A stretch of 64,000 nt of DNA from positions 178,810,001 to 178,874,000 of the forward strand of contig NC_086097.1 of NCBI RefSeq assembly GCF_963921235.1, given 5' to 3'. Below, in pieces: positions 62,787 through 64,000 of the stretch (position 1 is the stretch's first letter; each line of letters opens with the position of its first letter). Both the position numbers and the translations under genes were made by a program. This DNA comes from Mobula hypostoma. Lineage: Eukaryota. The notes below the pieces were generated by a model that saw only the letters and a list, made by a program, of their open reading frames with translations, searched no databases and had not been told where the DNA came from.

Positions 62787-63449
62787 TGTCAGTGATAATA
62801 TATCTGATTCTCAGAAGAAATCTCTTCTCAGGCAAAAAAAAACAGCAATAGTGACAGAAACCACACATAGTAAACCCAAGGGAAAATTCTGGAAAAGGTT
62901 CTTTACCCGGAGAGTGGTGAGACTCACTATATAGAATGTTTTCTCGTCTGTAATGCCAGAATTTCTTGCCCATCCCTAACTAACCCTGAACTAAATAGAC
63001 AATTAAGAATCTCCACATCAGTGATTCTAAAGGCACAAAGAGCATGGACAGGGTAAGGAGAGAATTCCTCCAGAGGAATATCAGTGAACAGGATGGAGTT
63101 TATTACAGATTGGGTTGCTTTTTCTGGCACGGCCTTCTTTATAAATTCCAGATTTATATAATGACTTGAATTTAAACTCTCCAGAAGCTATGGTGGGAAT
63201 TGAACCCATGTTTTTAGACTCATGTCCAGAACTCTGGCAGCTGTCTCAGTAACTTAACCTTATCACGATAAGAAGACCAAATTTTCTTGAAGACATGTCC
63301 TGGGGCAAGTTTATTGTCTTCTGACAAGCAGAACTATCTTCCTTTCTGTGAGATGACCCTTAACCACTTGTGTGTTTCCCTCTTGGAGCCTATTGACTTT
63401 GGTTTAACCAGGGCTGCTTGATGCCACACTGAAAGGCTGGGTCAACTGT

Positions 63450-63800
63450 TGTCTTGGTAAAGGTAGTTTATATCTCAGTTGCACAGAGCATTGGTGAGGC
63501 CAAGTTTAGAATATTGTGTTCAGTTTTGGTCACCATGCTATAAGAAAGATGTTATTGAGCTGGAGAGAATGCAGAGGATGTGACAGGACTTGAGGGATGG
63601 AGCTATGGAGAGAGATTGAGGAAGCTGGGGCTTTATTCTTTAGAACTTAGGAAAACGAGGGGTAAAATTACAGAAGTGTATAAAAATATGAGGAGCATTG
63701 ATAGGATGAATGTACAAAATCTTCTTCCTACGGCTGGGAATCAGTAACTTGTGAGGGCATAGGTTTAAGATGAGAGGAGAGGGATTTAATAGGAACCCCA
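63450..63800 (+). mobile_element. CR1 3' fragment
   Basis: ttggtgaggccaagtttagaatattgtgttcagttttggtcacc. Confidence 0.78.
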
Positions 63801-63912
63801 CGCATACTGAAAGAGTCAAAGGACACTTATTATCCAACTATGTATGCAGTATACAATGCTGAGATTAGTCTTCCTACAGACAGCCACAAAACAAAGAAAC
63901 CACCATGGAAAC

Positions 63913-64000
63913 AACAGGAATTCTGCAGATGCTGAAAATTCAAGCAACACACATCAAAGTTGCTGGTGAACACAGCAGGCCAGGCAGCATCTCTAGGAAG
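63913..64000 (-). mobile_element. Penelope-like terminal repeat, cut by the window edge
   Basis: ttctgcagatgctgaaaatt...cagcaggccaggcagcatc. Confidence 0.7.

Overview
Eukaryotic, repeat-dominated DNA. The mix of CR1, Rex1/Babar-like, L1 and Penelope-like retroelements, V-, CORE- and Deu-type SINEs and Tc1/hAT-like elements points to a cartilaginous fish, probably a ray (inference from recalled family sequences, no search run). I found one host coding exon, which the ORF track misses: 85 bp on + at 1605-1689, encoding the C2H2 finger [28 protein letters not shown] of a ZNF521/ZNF423-family gene, closest to ZNF521. I did not see the next exon, so the remaining ~62 kb is probably one large intron. 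It holds nested transposons with readable target-site duplications (TSDs) and three large minisatellites (33, 65 and 20 bp units) that appear seeded by retroposon segments. It also holds Penelope-derived fold-back elements with decayed hammerhead-ribozyme motifs, and several repeat-free islands that may be conserved enhancers. Nearly all listed ORFs are TE fragments or low-complexity artefacts. Boundaries of old TE fragments are approximate.
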